Shown piece by piece: positions 1-8,613 of a DNA stretch of 64,000 bases. Every line of letters begins with the position of its first letter. The first letter of the stretch is position 1. The notes beneath the pieces are model-generated. The model was given only the letters and a program-made list of their open reading frames with translations, ran no database searches and was not told the origin of the DNA. The DNA comes from Acidobacteriota bacterium (GTDB taxonomy: Bacteria; Acidobacteriota; UBA6911). The stretch covers positions 2,848,001 to 2,912,000 of the forward strand of contig OY761556.1 of NCBI GenBank assembly GCA_963664705.1, in the 5' to 3' direction. Made by a program: the position numbers and the translations under genes.

Positions 1-32
1 CCATGAAGAATTGACGATGAACGAATAAAACT

Positions 33-602
33 TCAACCGACCTCCCGATATCGAAAACAGCCCACCAGATGATCGTTGACCATGCCCGTCGCCTGCATAT
101 GGGAATAAACAATCGTTGAGCCCACGAACTTGAATCCGCGCTGCTTCATGTCACGACTGATTTTGTCCGACTCAGGGGAAGTGGCGGGAATATCGGCTAA
201 AGTCCGGAATCGGTTTCGAACCGGCTTCCCACCCAGAAAATCCCAGATGTATCGATCGAATGATCCAAACTCCTTCTGTACGGCCAGGAATCTCTGTGCA
301 TTTGTAATAGCGGCCTCGAGCTTCAACCGATTCCGTATGATTCCCGCATCCGATAGAAGCCGTTCGAGGTCTTGCTGCCCAAACGCCGCGACCGTCTCTG
401 GCTTAAAGCCGCGAAATGCAGCCCGAAAATTTTCTCTTTTGCGGAGAACCGTAGCCCAACTCAGCCCCGCCTGCATTCCCTCCAACACCAGGAATTCATA
501 GATCTTACGGTCATCGTGAAGAGGCACGCCCCATTCCGTGTCGTGATATTCGACCATCAGGGGATCCTTGCCGGCCCAGGCGCATCGCTTAATCTCGCTC
601 AT
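33..602 (-). CDS. tag: DNA-3-methyladenine glycosylase I
   Basis: RCAWA...YHDTEWGVP, LEGMQAGLSWATVLRKR, GIIRNRLK, GFKFVGSTIVYSHMQATGMVNDHLVGC; start placed at the ATG at 602. Confidence 0.95.
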   Translation of the reverse strand: MSEIKRCAWAGKDPLMVEYHDTEWGVPLHDDRKIYEFLVLEGMQAGLSWATVLRKRENFRAAFRGFKPETVAAFGQQDLERLLSDAGIIRNRLKLEAAITNAQRFLAVQKEFGSFDRYIWDFLGGKPVRNRFRTLADIPATSPESDKISRDMKQRGFKFVGSTIVYSHMQATGMVNDHLVGCFRYREVG

Positions 603-663
603 TCGCCCAGAATACACCCTAAACTTCGGGGGCGGGCCTGAAAAAATGAAAGAGCAAAAATCG

Positions 664-692
664 TGAAAAACAGGGTCAGACCCCGATTTTCA
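664..692. repeat. REP-like imperfect palindrome (GGGTCAGACCCC core)
   Basis: tgaaaaacagggtc-a-gaccccgattttca, 12/14 arm match; related gggacgtccccgattt at about 5652-5667. Confidence 0.5.
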
Positions 693-693
693 A

Positions 694-720
694 TGAAACC
701 GAAATTCTAATTGGATCGTA
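694..720 (+). promoter_or_regulatory. Putative ECF-sigma (SigW-like) promoter
   Basis: TGAAAC-N17-CGTA about 45 nt upstream of the ATG at 764. Confidence 0.45.
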
Positions 721-763
721 CCTGTATGGATATAAGCAGGACTTTTGTTAAAGGAGAAAAGGC

Positions 764-1150
764 ATGAAAGTTTGCACAATTGCGGCGGCATTGTTGCTGC
801 TACTGACTGGTTTGGCTTATGGAGCGGATATTGACGGCACCTGGGCCGGAACAATTCAAGGCCCTGATGGCGGCCAGGGATTTCCCATCAGCTATACATT
901 CAAGGCCGATGGAGCGACTCTGACCGGAACGATGCCGGGCATGCCCGGACCGGATGGTACTCCCGGAAAACCGATCGCCATCAAAGACGGCAAAATCAAC
1001 GGCAACAACATTTCATTTGTCGTTGTAATGGACATGATGGGCCAGGAAATGAAAATGGAATACAAAGGAGTTCTATCCGGCGATACGCTCAAGCTAAGCA
1101 TGGATGCAATGGGTACGCCGATGGAATTCACGCTGAAAAAAGCGAAGTAG
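764..1150 (+). CDS. Secreted small beta-rich protein of unknown function (ADIDGTW-type, common in Acidobacteriota)
   Basis: AAGGAG RBS; signal peptide ending LAYG/A; DIDGTW...TFKADGATLTG...DGKINGNNISF...YKGVLSGDTLKL pattern. Confidence 0.85.
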   Translation: MKVCTIAAALLLLLTGLAYGADIDGTWAGTIQGPDGGQGFPISYTFKADGATLTGTMPGMPGPDGTPGKPIAIKDGKINGNNISFVVVMDMMGQEMKMEYKGVLSGDTLKLSMDAMGTPMEFTLKKAK

Positions 1151-1174
1151 GCAAAATTTACCGAATTCGTGGAT

Positions 1175-1200
1175 TTGGTGGCGGCACGATCCGCCACCAA
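1175..1200. terminator. Hairpin between convergent genes
   Basis: ttggtggcgg-cacgat-ccgccaccaa, perfect 10-bp stem; resembles the CACGAAT element at 38092. Confidence 0.55.
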
Positions 1201-1224
1201 TTTCATGCGCTTGCAAAGCAAAAA

Positions 1225-1722
1225 CTAAAAGAAGTTATCCCGGATAGTCTGGCGGCGCAGCCGCTGTCGCTGTTCGGGAGTCAATTGCTGCCACAATCGA
1301 AAGTTCTCCAAAAGGCGGGCTCGTTTCGCCGGATCCATCCGCAGGAATCGTCGATAGATATTCCGCAACTCCTGCTGCCTTGCTAATGGCAGAGCTCGAA
1401 ACCTCAAGTAATTCCTCTCCAGCCTCAACCTCTGTGAGGACCCCAGCTTCCGATACGCGCCATAGTTCTCCAGAATCATCTCCCTATCCTGGCGGCTCAT
1501 TTTACGCAACTGTTCCTGATAGCCACGGATAACCCGCTGCTCTTCAGGCGGCAGTTTCCGGAATGCCTGGTAACGCTCCCGCAAAGTCTCTCTCTGTTCC
1601 CGGGTCAGATTGTTCCATACCTCTTCGGGAGAAGCCTGTGGCTCCTGTGCCTGGGAAACTGCAGTCACGCAGAGGAACGCCAGGAAGAGGATGCTGAGAA
1701 TGACATCTGTGCGGCTCTTCAT
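1225..1722 (-). CDS. DUF3106-like periplasmic helical-repeat protein
   Basis: Signal peptide (SQA/Q); repeated W/F-x-x-L-[TPS]-x-E-Q-R units (WNNLTREQRE, FRKLPPEEQR, WQQLTPEQRQ); very Arg-rich; last gene of the ECF operon. Confidence 0.8.
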   Translation of the reverse strand: MKSRTDVILSILFLAFLCVTAVSQAQEPQASPEEVWNNLTREQRETLRERYQAFRKLPPEEQRVIRGYQEQLRKMSRQDREMILENYGAYRKLGSSQRLRLERNYLRFRALPLARQQELRNIYRRFLRMDPAKRARLLENFRLWQQLTPEQRQRLRRQTIRDNFF

Positions 1723-2027
1723 TTTTTCTTCTTCTCTTCTTTTTTGGTTTGTTTCGTACCCGATTTGGGCTTGCTCTCGGCCGAATCATCCGACGACGCG
1801 AACAGATCGAAATACCGATATTTCTCAAAATCCTGCAACAATTCGAGATTTTCCAGCAATTCCCTATCCTTCAGGATTTCCTTTTCCTCTTCGGTCAGGA
1901 CCACCTTTTGAGCCGGAGCCTCCTTCGGTTTCTGAAAAGCCGGAAGCGGGCCGGCCACGAGGACCATGGCCAAAATTCCGAAAAGCCGCTTCAGCAGATT
2001 ATTTCCAGCAAAGCCGGCATTCAACAT
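1719..2027 (-). CDS. Small secreted or membrane protein with acidic ENLELLQDF motif
   Basis: Hydrophobic N-terminal segment; stop overlaps the next start (ATGA); lies within the operon. Confidence 0.75.
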   Translation of the reverse strand: MLNAGFAGNNLLKRLFGILAMVLVAGPLPAFQKPKEAPAQKVVLTEEEKEILKDRELLENLELLQDFEKYRYFDLFASSDDSAESKPKSGTKQTKKEEKKKK

Positions 2028-2037
2028 AGGGCTCCGA

Positions 2038-2529
2038 TCAATTGAGCTTCTTTTCGTGAATCAGCTGCGGCAGGTTTTCAATCGTGTCAAAATCCTCTAG
2101 CAAATCCAGATTGTTGACCACAGCCATGTCCTGCAGCAGCGGAAGGTCCTGAGCTATCTGAATATCATTCATGGATGAGGCCCGCTCCGGCCCGACATCC
2201 GGTCGCTTTAGGACCAGGATGCCGGCGAAAATAATGGACGCCAGCGCACCGGCAGCTACAAGCTGTCGCGGGATCCCCCATTGTCTAATCCGGCGCCACC
2301 ACGGTTTTGGCCTGGCGTTCAGTTTAGCCTGGAACCGGGCGGAAAAATCCGCGGAAGGCTCGAGGCTGACATCCAGCGCCGGCAGGAGTTCCACCCACTC
2401 CGAAGGTGACAGGACAGCACGGCAATCCGCGCATGCGGCATAGTGAGCTCGGACCGCCCGAGCTTCTCCGCCGCTCAGTTCTCCGTTATGCACAAGTTCA
2501 AATCTCTCACGAGCCTCTTTGCAGTTCAT
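2038..2529 (-). CDS. Zinc-binding anti-sigma factor (zf-HC2) with one TM helix
   Basis: MNC...HYAACADC (HxxxCxxC), TM LVAAGALASIIFAGILVL, coupled to the sigma gene by an ATGA overlap. Confidence 0.9.
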   Translation of the reverse strand: MNCKEARERFELVHNGELSGGEARAVRAHYAACADCRAVLSPSEWVELLPALDVSLEPSADFSARFQAKLNARPKPWWRRIRQWGIPRQLVAAGALASIIFAGILVLKRPDVGPERASSMNDIQIAQDLPLLQDMAVVNNLDLLEDFDTIENLPQLIHEKKLN

Positions 2530-3176
2530 TGGTGTAAAAGCTCGGGCATCAAGGGTTTCAGCCTTTCCGCCAGAGTCTCCTTTGCTCTATGGATCAGCGA
2601 TTTCACCGCTTTCTCGCTGGTTTTCATAATCTCGGCAATCTCCAAATAGGAAAGCTCCTGGTATTTGCACAAAATAAAGGCCGTTCGCTGGCTCTCAGGA
2701 ATCTGGTCCAACGCTCCCCGCAGTGCATCGGCAATAGCTTGTCTTTCCAGTATTCGCTCCGGGCCGCTGACCGCAAAGGCACCGGATGCAAAGCCTGCTT
2801 CCGGCTCCTTTTCAACGGACAGCGACCGATGCTCCGCGCGGAAGTGGGGTTTGCGCACTTCATTCAGGCAGACATTGGTCGCGATCCTGTAAAGCCAGGT
2901 AGTAAATCTGGACTTTACCGTGTAGCTGGCGGCGCTTTCATATACACGCAAAAACACCTCCTGCGCGAGCTCTTCCGCCACGCGCCGGTCCCGTACAAAT
3001 CGATAGGCAAAGTTGATCATGGATCGGGTGTACCGGTCAAATAAGCGATCAAACGCAACCGTATCCCCTTCCTTGAACCGCAGCATCAACCGCGCATCTT
3101 CGTCGCAGACCTCCGGAGCGTCCTCTTCAACCATGTGCATCCCCAGGCACCCGTCCAGGATACTTTCGGATTCCAT
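2526..3176 (-). CDS. ECF RNA polymerase sigma factor (RpoE/SigW-like)
   Basis: Region 2: AEELAQEVFLRVY...FTTWLYRIATNVCLNEVR; region 4: LSYLEIAEIMKTSEKAVKSLIHRAKETL. Confidence 0.95.
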   Translation of the reverse strand: MESESILDGCLGMHMVEEDAPEVCDEDARLMLRFKEGDTVAFDRLFDRYTRSMINFAYRFVRDRRVAEELAQEVFLRVYESAASYTVKSRFTTWLYRIATNVCLNEVRKPHFRAEHRSLSVEKEPEAGFASGAFAVSGPERILERQAIADALRGALDQIPESQRTAFILCKYQELSYLEIAEIMKTSEKAVKSLIHRAKETLAERLKPLMPELLHQ

Positions 3177-3206
3177 ATACCCTACCTCGATAATATCCCA
3201 ATTCCG

Positions 3207-3234
3207 TTAAACACCAGGTCGCCAAAAAAGTTCC
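3207..3234 (-). promoter_or_regulatory. Putative autoregulatory ECF promoter of the sigma operon
   Basis: Minus strand GGAACTT-N15-GTTTAA. Confidence 0.7.
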
Positions 3235-3267
3235 GCATAAGGACAAAATAAACAAGGCGACGGATCC

Positions 3268-3295
3268 GGAACTTTTGGGGAACCGTCGTGTTTGA
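3268..3295 (+). promoter_or_regulatory. Putative ECF promoter of the divergent gene at 3333
   Basis: GGAACTT-N15-GTTTGA, same motif and spacing as the divergent copy. Confidence 0.7.
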
Positions 3296-3332
3296 ACCAT
3301 CGAATGCACGATCACGAAAAAGGAGAGACGAT

Positions 3333-3647
3333 ATGGCAGCAAAAATGTTCATTTCAGGGCTCATGATAGGCGGAGCATTGCTGATGGGAACGGGAATGGC
3401 CAGTGCAGGAGAAATACGGCGCGATGTTCGGGAAATCCGAAGAGACAACCGGGAAATCCGGATGGATCGAAGAGAGATCCACAGCGATAAGGTCGAACTA
3501 AGGCAGGACCAGAGACAAGGGGCACCCCGCTCCGAAATCCGGAGTGACAAACGGGACCTGCGACGGGACACGCGGGATCTGAACAGGGATAAGGCGGACC
3601 GCCGCCAGGATGTTCGGGAACTCCGTCACGATCTCCGCACCCGCTAG
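3333..3647 (+). CDS. Secreted Arg/Asp-rich heptad-repeat protein
   Basis: AGGAGA RBS; signal peptide ending ASA/G; repeated [ED][IL]RxDxR heptads. Confidence 0.85.
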   Translation: MAAKMFISGLMIGGALLMGTGMASAGEIRRDVREIRRDNREIRMDRREIHSDKVELRQDQRQGAPRSEIRSDKRDLRRDTRDLNRDKADRRQDVRELRHDLRTR

Positions 3648-3654
3648 GAGCGTT

Positions 3655-3727
3655 GAATACGCGGAATATGCAGACCGGCACCGCAGTGGAGCCGCCTGAG
3701 CGTATTCCGCGTACTCCGGCATATTCC
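3655..3727. repeat. Intergenic inverted repeat built from GAATACGCG-like 9-mers
   Basis: gaatacgcg-gaatatgca ... gcgtattcc-gcgtactcc-ggcatattcc. Confidence 0.5.
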
Positions 3728-3793
3728 AAGGTCAATCCGCAGCGTATTTTGCCTTAAATTTTCCCTCCGAAGCTGGTACAATCCCGCCCTCCA

Positions 3794-5611
3794 ATGACGA
3801 CGACAAGGCATCACAACTACGACGAAGACAAAATAAAATCCCTCTCGTCTCTCGAGCACATCCGCAAGAGGACAGGGATGTATATCGGTCGCGTCGGCGA
3901 CGGAACAGACTACGATGACGGCATTTATGTCCTGCTAAAGGAAATCGTCGATAATGCCGTCGATGAATACATCATGGGTTTCGGCGAAAGGGTGGCCATT
4001 ACGCTCGAAGGACCCAGGATAACCGTGCGCGATTTCGGTCGGGGCATCCCTCTTGGAAAGGTGGTCGAATGCGTCTCGCGCATCAATACCGGCGCCAAGT
4101 ACAGCGACGAAGTCTTCCAGTTCAGCGTCGGGTTGAATGGCATTGGAACCAAGGCCGTTAACGCCCTCTCGAGCAGTTTCGAGGTGTGCAGCTATCGAGG
4201 CGGCGAATTTGCCGGCGCAATCTTTGAAAAAGGAAAGCTTCTTGAAGAGCCGAAGGGCAGAAAGGAAGGCGAGCCGGACGGAACCTTCGTCAGCTTCAAA
4301 CCGGATCCGGAGATCTTTGGAGAGGTCGTCTTTTCGCCGGATCACGTCGAACGAAGGCTTCGCCTTTATTCTTTCCTGAATACCGGGCTTCGCATTGAGT
4401 ACAACGGCAAGCTCTTTTTCTCGCGCAACGGGCTTCTGGACCTGCTGAAGGACGAAGTAGGCGATGAAGCACTTTATCCTCCGCTCCATTATCAGTCCAA
4501 AACGCTGGAGCTCGCACTTACTCACACGCAGCGCTTTGAGGAAACCTTTCTGTCTTTCGTCAACGGTCAATACACCAGCGACGGCGGTTCACACCTGAGC
4601 GCATTTCGCGAAGGCCTGGTAAAAGGCTTCAACGAATACTCCAAGGGTAAGTTCGAAGGGGACGACATCCGGGAGGGGATGGCAGGCTCCATAGCCGTCC
4701 GCCTTCAGGAACCGGTCTTTGAGTCTCAAACCAAGAACAAGCTCGGCAACACGGAATTGCGCGGCGGATGGGTCACCCAGGTGCGAGATATCGTCGTTGA
4801 CCTGCTGCATCGGAATCCCAAAGCCGCCGAAATTGCGCTTGCCAAAATAGAGGAAACCGTCAAGCTGCGCCGGGAACTGCAGTCGATCAAGAAGATGGCT
4901 CGAGAGCGGGCGCGTGCAACGTCTTTGCGGGTTCCACAGCTCAAGGACTGCAAAGTCCACTACAACAAACGCAACGGCAACGGCTCCGATTCGATGCTTT
5001 TCATTACCGAAGGACAGTCCGCCGCAGGTTCGATCGTCAGTTGCCGCGACGTAAATTGCCAGGCAATTTTCACAATGCGTGGAAAACCGCTGAATGTCTG
5101 CGACCTCCAGCGGGATGTAATGTACAAAAACGAGGAACTCTATAACCTGATGCGGAGCCTCGATATCGAAGACACGCCGGAGCGCCTGCGCTATAAGAAA
5201 ATCATCCTGGCCACCGACGCCGACGTGGATGGCCTGCACATTCGCAACCTGCTCCTGACATTTTTTCTGCGCTTTTTCGAACCGGTTGTACACGACGGCT
5301 ATATTCACATACTCGAAACACCTCTGTTTCGCGTTCGCAATGCGAAGAAAACGATCTATTGCTACTCCGAGGAGGAGCGGGATGCGGCCATGCGCGAACT
5401 TCGCAGTCCCGAAGTCACGCGTTTCAAAGGGCTGGGTGAAATTTCTCCCAGCGAATTCAAGCGATTCATCGGACCGGAAATGAGATTGACCCCGGTTCGG
5501 CTGGCAAACCGACATAGCGTGCCAGCCATTCTCGGCTTTTACATGGGCCGCAATACTCCGGAACGCCGCCAATACATCATGAATCACCTGGTAGTGGAGG
5601 CAGAACCGTAA
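3794..5611 (+). CDS. parE: DNA topoisomerase IV subunit B
   Basis: LEHIRKRTGMYIG, EIVDNAVDE, DFGRGIP, GLNGIGTKAVNALS, TOPRIM ITEGQSA/RGKPLN/TDADVDG, RFKGLGE. Confidence 0.9.
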   Translation: MTTTRHHNYDEDKIKSLSSLEHIRKRTGMYIGRVGDGTDYDDGIYVLLKEIVDNAVDEYIMGFGERVAITLEGPRITVRDFGRGIPLGKVVECVSRINTGAKYSDEVFQFSVGLNGIGTKAVNALSSSFEVCSYRGGEFAGAIFEKGKLLEEPKGRKEGEPDGTFVSFKPDPEIFGEVVFSPDHVERRLRLYSFLNTGLRIEYNGKLFFSRNGLLDLLKDEVGDEALYPPLHYQSKTLELALTHTQRFEETFLSFVNGQYTSDGGSHLSAFREGLVKGFNEYSKGKFEGDDIREGMAGSIAVRLQEPVFESQTKNKLGNTELRGGWVTQVRDIVVDLLHRNPKAAEIALAKIEETVKLRRELQSIKKMARERARATSLRVPQLKDCKVHYNKRNGNGSDSMLFITEGQSAAGSIVSCRDVNCQAIFTMRGKPLNVCDLQRDVMYKNEELYNLMRSLDIEDTPERLRYKKIILATDADVDGLHIRNLLLTFFLRFFEPVVHDGYIHILETPLFRVRNAKKTIYCYSEEERDAAMRELRSPEVTRFKGLGEISPSEFKRFIGPEMRLTPVRLANRHSVPAILGFYMGRNTPERRQYIMNHLVVEAEP

Positions 5612-5675
5612 TAGATATCAGGCGCAATCCGAGAAAAACAGGTAGGCGAATGGGACGTCCCCGATTTATCAGGCT

Positions 5676-7724
5676 ATGAGCGATATACAGAAAGAGCTGC
5701 CGCTATTCGGCGAAACTGAATCTGAAGCAGAAACAGAAACCGCTTCTCCGGCGGCGCCGGTGAGCGGTCTGGGAGCTACCGGTGACGGGCCTCTCAAACA
5801 GCTCATGGATCAGAATTTTCTTCAGTACGCCGCCTACGTCATCCGCGATCGCGCCATTCCGGATATCGACGACGGGCTGAAACCCGTGCAGCGCCGCATC
5901 CTCTATTCGCTGCACCAGACCGATGACGGCAAGTTCATCAAGGTAGCCAATATCGTCGGGTACTGCATGCAGTTTCACCCGCATGGCGATGCGTCTATCG
6001 AGGAAGCGCTGGTCACGCTGGCCAATCGCCGCTACTTTATAGAGCGACAGGGCAATTTCGGGAACACGCTTACGGGAGATCCAGCCGCAGCATCCCGTTA
6101 CATCGAGTGCAGGCTGACCGATCTTGCGCGCGACGAAATTTTCAACGACGATCTAACCGATTTTGTCCCGACCTATGATGGACGCAGGGAGGAGCCGGTC
6201 ACCCTCCCCGCCAAGTTTCCCATCCTGTTGATGCTGGGCGCCGAGGGCATCGCCGTCGGAATTTCGACCCGCATCCTGCCTCACAACTTTCCCGAGCTTC
6301 TGGAAGCACAGATTGCAATCCTCGGGAAAAAGCCCTTCAGCGTAATGCCCGACTTCCCTCAGGGCGGCCTGATGGATACACAGGCTTACAAAAACGGGAA
6401 AGGCCACGTAATCGTCCGCGCAAAAATTGAAAAGAAGGACGATCGTACACTTGTGATCCGCGAAATCCCGGTCGGAACCACAACGGACTCCCTGACAGGG
6501 TCCATCGAAGACGCCGCCCGCAAAGGCAAAATCAAAATCAAAAGTATTAACGATTTTACCGCCGAACAGGTGGAAATCGAGATCCAGCTCCAGCAGGACC
6601 AGGATTTGGATCGCGCTACCGAGGCGCTGTATGCGTTTACCCAATGCCAGGTGCAGGTATCCAGCCGCATCGTAATAATCCGGGACAACAAGCCGGTCGA
6701 GATGGATGTCCCCTCTATCCTGAAATACAACACATCACGGCTTGTGAATATATTGCGGCGGGAGTTGCAGCGTAAAAGACGAAAATTGACGGAAGAAATG
6801 CACCACAAAACCCTGGTCCGCCTGTTCGTGGAAAATCGCATTTACAAAACGATCGAATCCTGCGATTCGACGCCTGCCATGCAGGATGCCGTTCTCGCAG
6901 GGTTGTCCCCCTATCGGGCAGAATTGCAGAGAGACATCACGCGCGAGGATGTGGAAGGTCTGCTTGGAATTGCCATCCGGCGCATTTCACTGCTTGATCT
7001 CGAAAAGAACCGAAGGGAAATTGAAAGTCTGCGCGCGGAACTGAGCGACGTGGAGGGGAACCTCGCGGAAATCGTACCTTATGCCATCCGATACCTGCGC
7101 AGTATCCTGCGCAAGTACGGAGACGAATACCCCAGGCGAACTCAACTGGCAACATTCGGCGAAATCTCGGAACGGGAATTGACCGCAAATGAACTGACGA
7201 TCAACTACGATCGCGAGAAAGGTTATGTCGGGTATAAGGTAACCGGCGAACCGCTGATCTCGTGTTCCCCGCTGGACCGTCTCCTGTTTGTCTGGAAGGA
7301 CGGCCGCTGCAAGGTCGTAGCGCCACCGGAGAAGATCTTCGTGGATTCCACGCTGATTTACTGGGCGATCCTCGAACGGGATCGTGTCATGACAGTCGTG
7401 TATGAACTCGATTTCTTCACCTATTACAAGAAATTCACCGTTGGCGGGCTGACAACGAATCGCGACTCCAGGCTCGCCCCCAAGGGCGCAAATATACGTT
7501 TCTTCGCAGACGATAGTCCCCCGGCACTGTACGTGCGCTATTCGGCCGACGCCCGCATCAAGATACGCCAGCAGCGCTATGCCGTAGACCGCCAACCGCT
7601 GCGCGGACGCGATGGTAAAGGCCTTGTCCTGACTGCCAACCTGATCGAATATATCGGCTCGGAAAAAGCCCCCGACTGGGATGATGATTTGACCGGTCCT
7701 CCCGGCAAATTCATCGAAAGCTGA
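5676..7724 (+). CDS. parC: DNA topoisomerase IV subunit A
   Basis: RAIPDIDDGLKPVQRRILY, HPHGDAS, catalytic AAASRYIE; short C-terminal domain with no GyrA-box seen. Confidence 0.88.
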   Translation: MSDIQKELPLFGETESEAETETASPAAPVSGLGATGDGPLKQLMDQNFLQYAAYVIRDRAIPDIDDGLKPVQRRILYSLHQTDDGKFIKVANIVGYCMQFHPHGDASIEEALVTLANRRYFIERQGNFGNTLTGDPAAASRYIECRLTDLARDEIFNDDLTDFVPTYDGRREEPVTLPAKFPILLMLGAEGIAVGISTRILPHNFPELLEAQIAILGKKPFSVMPDFPQGGLMDTQAYKNGKGHVIVRAKIEKKDDRTLVIREIPVGTTTDSLTGSIEDAARKGKIKIKSINDFTAEQVEIEIQLQQDQDLDRATEALYAFTQCQVQVSSRIVIIRDNKPVEMDVPSILKYNTSRLVNILRRELQRKRRKLTEEMHHKTLVRLFVENRIYKTIESCDSTPAMQDAVLAGLSPYRAELQRDITREDVEGLLGIAIRRISLLDLEKNRREIESLRAELSDVEGNLAEIVPYAIRYLRSILRKYGDEYPRRTQLATFGEISERELTANELTINYDREKGYVGYKVTGEPLISCSPLDRLLFVWKDGRCKVVAPPEKIFVDSTLIYWAILERDRVMTVVYELDFFTYYKKFTVGGLTTNRDSRLAPKGANIRFFADDSPPALYVRYSADARIKIRQQRYAVDRQPLRGRDGKGLVLTANLIEYIGSEKAPDWDDDLTGPPGKFIES

Positions 7725-7853
7725 CGCGTTTCCCGCAAATCAGAAAATCTGAAATAAATCACGGCCTCCGGAAACAATGTCCCCGTGGACTGAATGAAAA
7801 CCGCTCCGTTGCGCTGGCTGAAATCAACGCCAACCCACCCGGGAGGACTGCAG

Positions 7854-8390
7854 ATGACAGCCTTACACCCAATGATCTCCTGCGGGAAAAACCAGGCCTT
7901 CCCGCTCGCCGGAACCCTGCACCAGATTGTATCCCTGAAACTGGCCGCCGCTTTGCTTCGCTACGTAGAACCACGCAACCTCGGGCAGATCATTCAGGCC
8001 CCCTTCCAGGTTGTCCTGTCCAGGGAAACCATCATCCAGCCGGATATTCTTTTTATCCGGAAAGGGCGTGTCGCGCTCATCGGCGATCACAGCCTGCATG
8101 GCACGCCGGATCTGATCATCGAAGTCATATCCCCGGAAACACGGCGGTACGATCGGCTGATTAAGAGAAAGATCTATTCATTATTTGAAGTAGCCGAGTA
8201 CTGGATCGTGGATCCATACCACCAGACAATCGAGGTACTGATCTGGAGCGAATGGGGATATGCGGAGGGCGGAGTTTACTTCAAATCAGATTACCTGGCG
8301 TCCTTCACCCTTCCAGGCTTCAGACTTCCGGCAAACAAAATATTCCCGCCTGATCGACACGGAACCACGGCGCCGCACCGACGAAGGTAA
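7854..8390 (+). CDS. Uma2 (DUF820) family endonuclease-like protein; N-terminus possibly degenerate
   Basis: HQ..., QPDILFI, PDLIIEVISP, K..Y...V.EYWIVDP, LPGF; GGAGG RBS before the ATG at 7854. Confidence 0.85.
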   Translation: MTALHPMISCGKNQAFPLAGTLHQIVSLKLAAALLRYVEPRNLGQIIQAPFQVVLSRETIIQPDILFIRKGRVALIGDHSLHGTPDLIIEVISPETRRYDRLIKRKIYSLFEVAEYWIVDPYHQTIEVLIWSEWGYAEGGVYFKSDYLASFTLPGFRLPANKIFPPDRHGTTAPHRRR

Positions 8391-8613
8391 CCCAAAAACT
8401 TCAATCTGGGCGTTTAAAACCATCTCTATCCAGAGACACAGTTTTCTGTATGTGTCCTGGTAGATCTCTCGTGAGAAACAAAACACCCTGGAGACGTATT
8501 TGCAAGGGAGGGCAGTGCCGATAAGAAATAATTTTTGAAACTGTCGGCCGCATTCGCCACTCTAATCCATTTTGTGACCAGCGCGGTCGCAAAGGGATTG
8601 TGGAATTAAGGAT

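Noticed and set aside
7854-8390. Uma2 nuclease as an anti-phage or restriction system
   Set aside because: Solo Uma2 genes are common paralogues; no methylase, ATPase or other defence gene nearby
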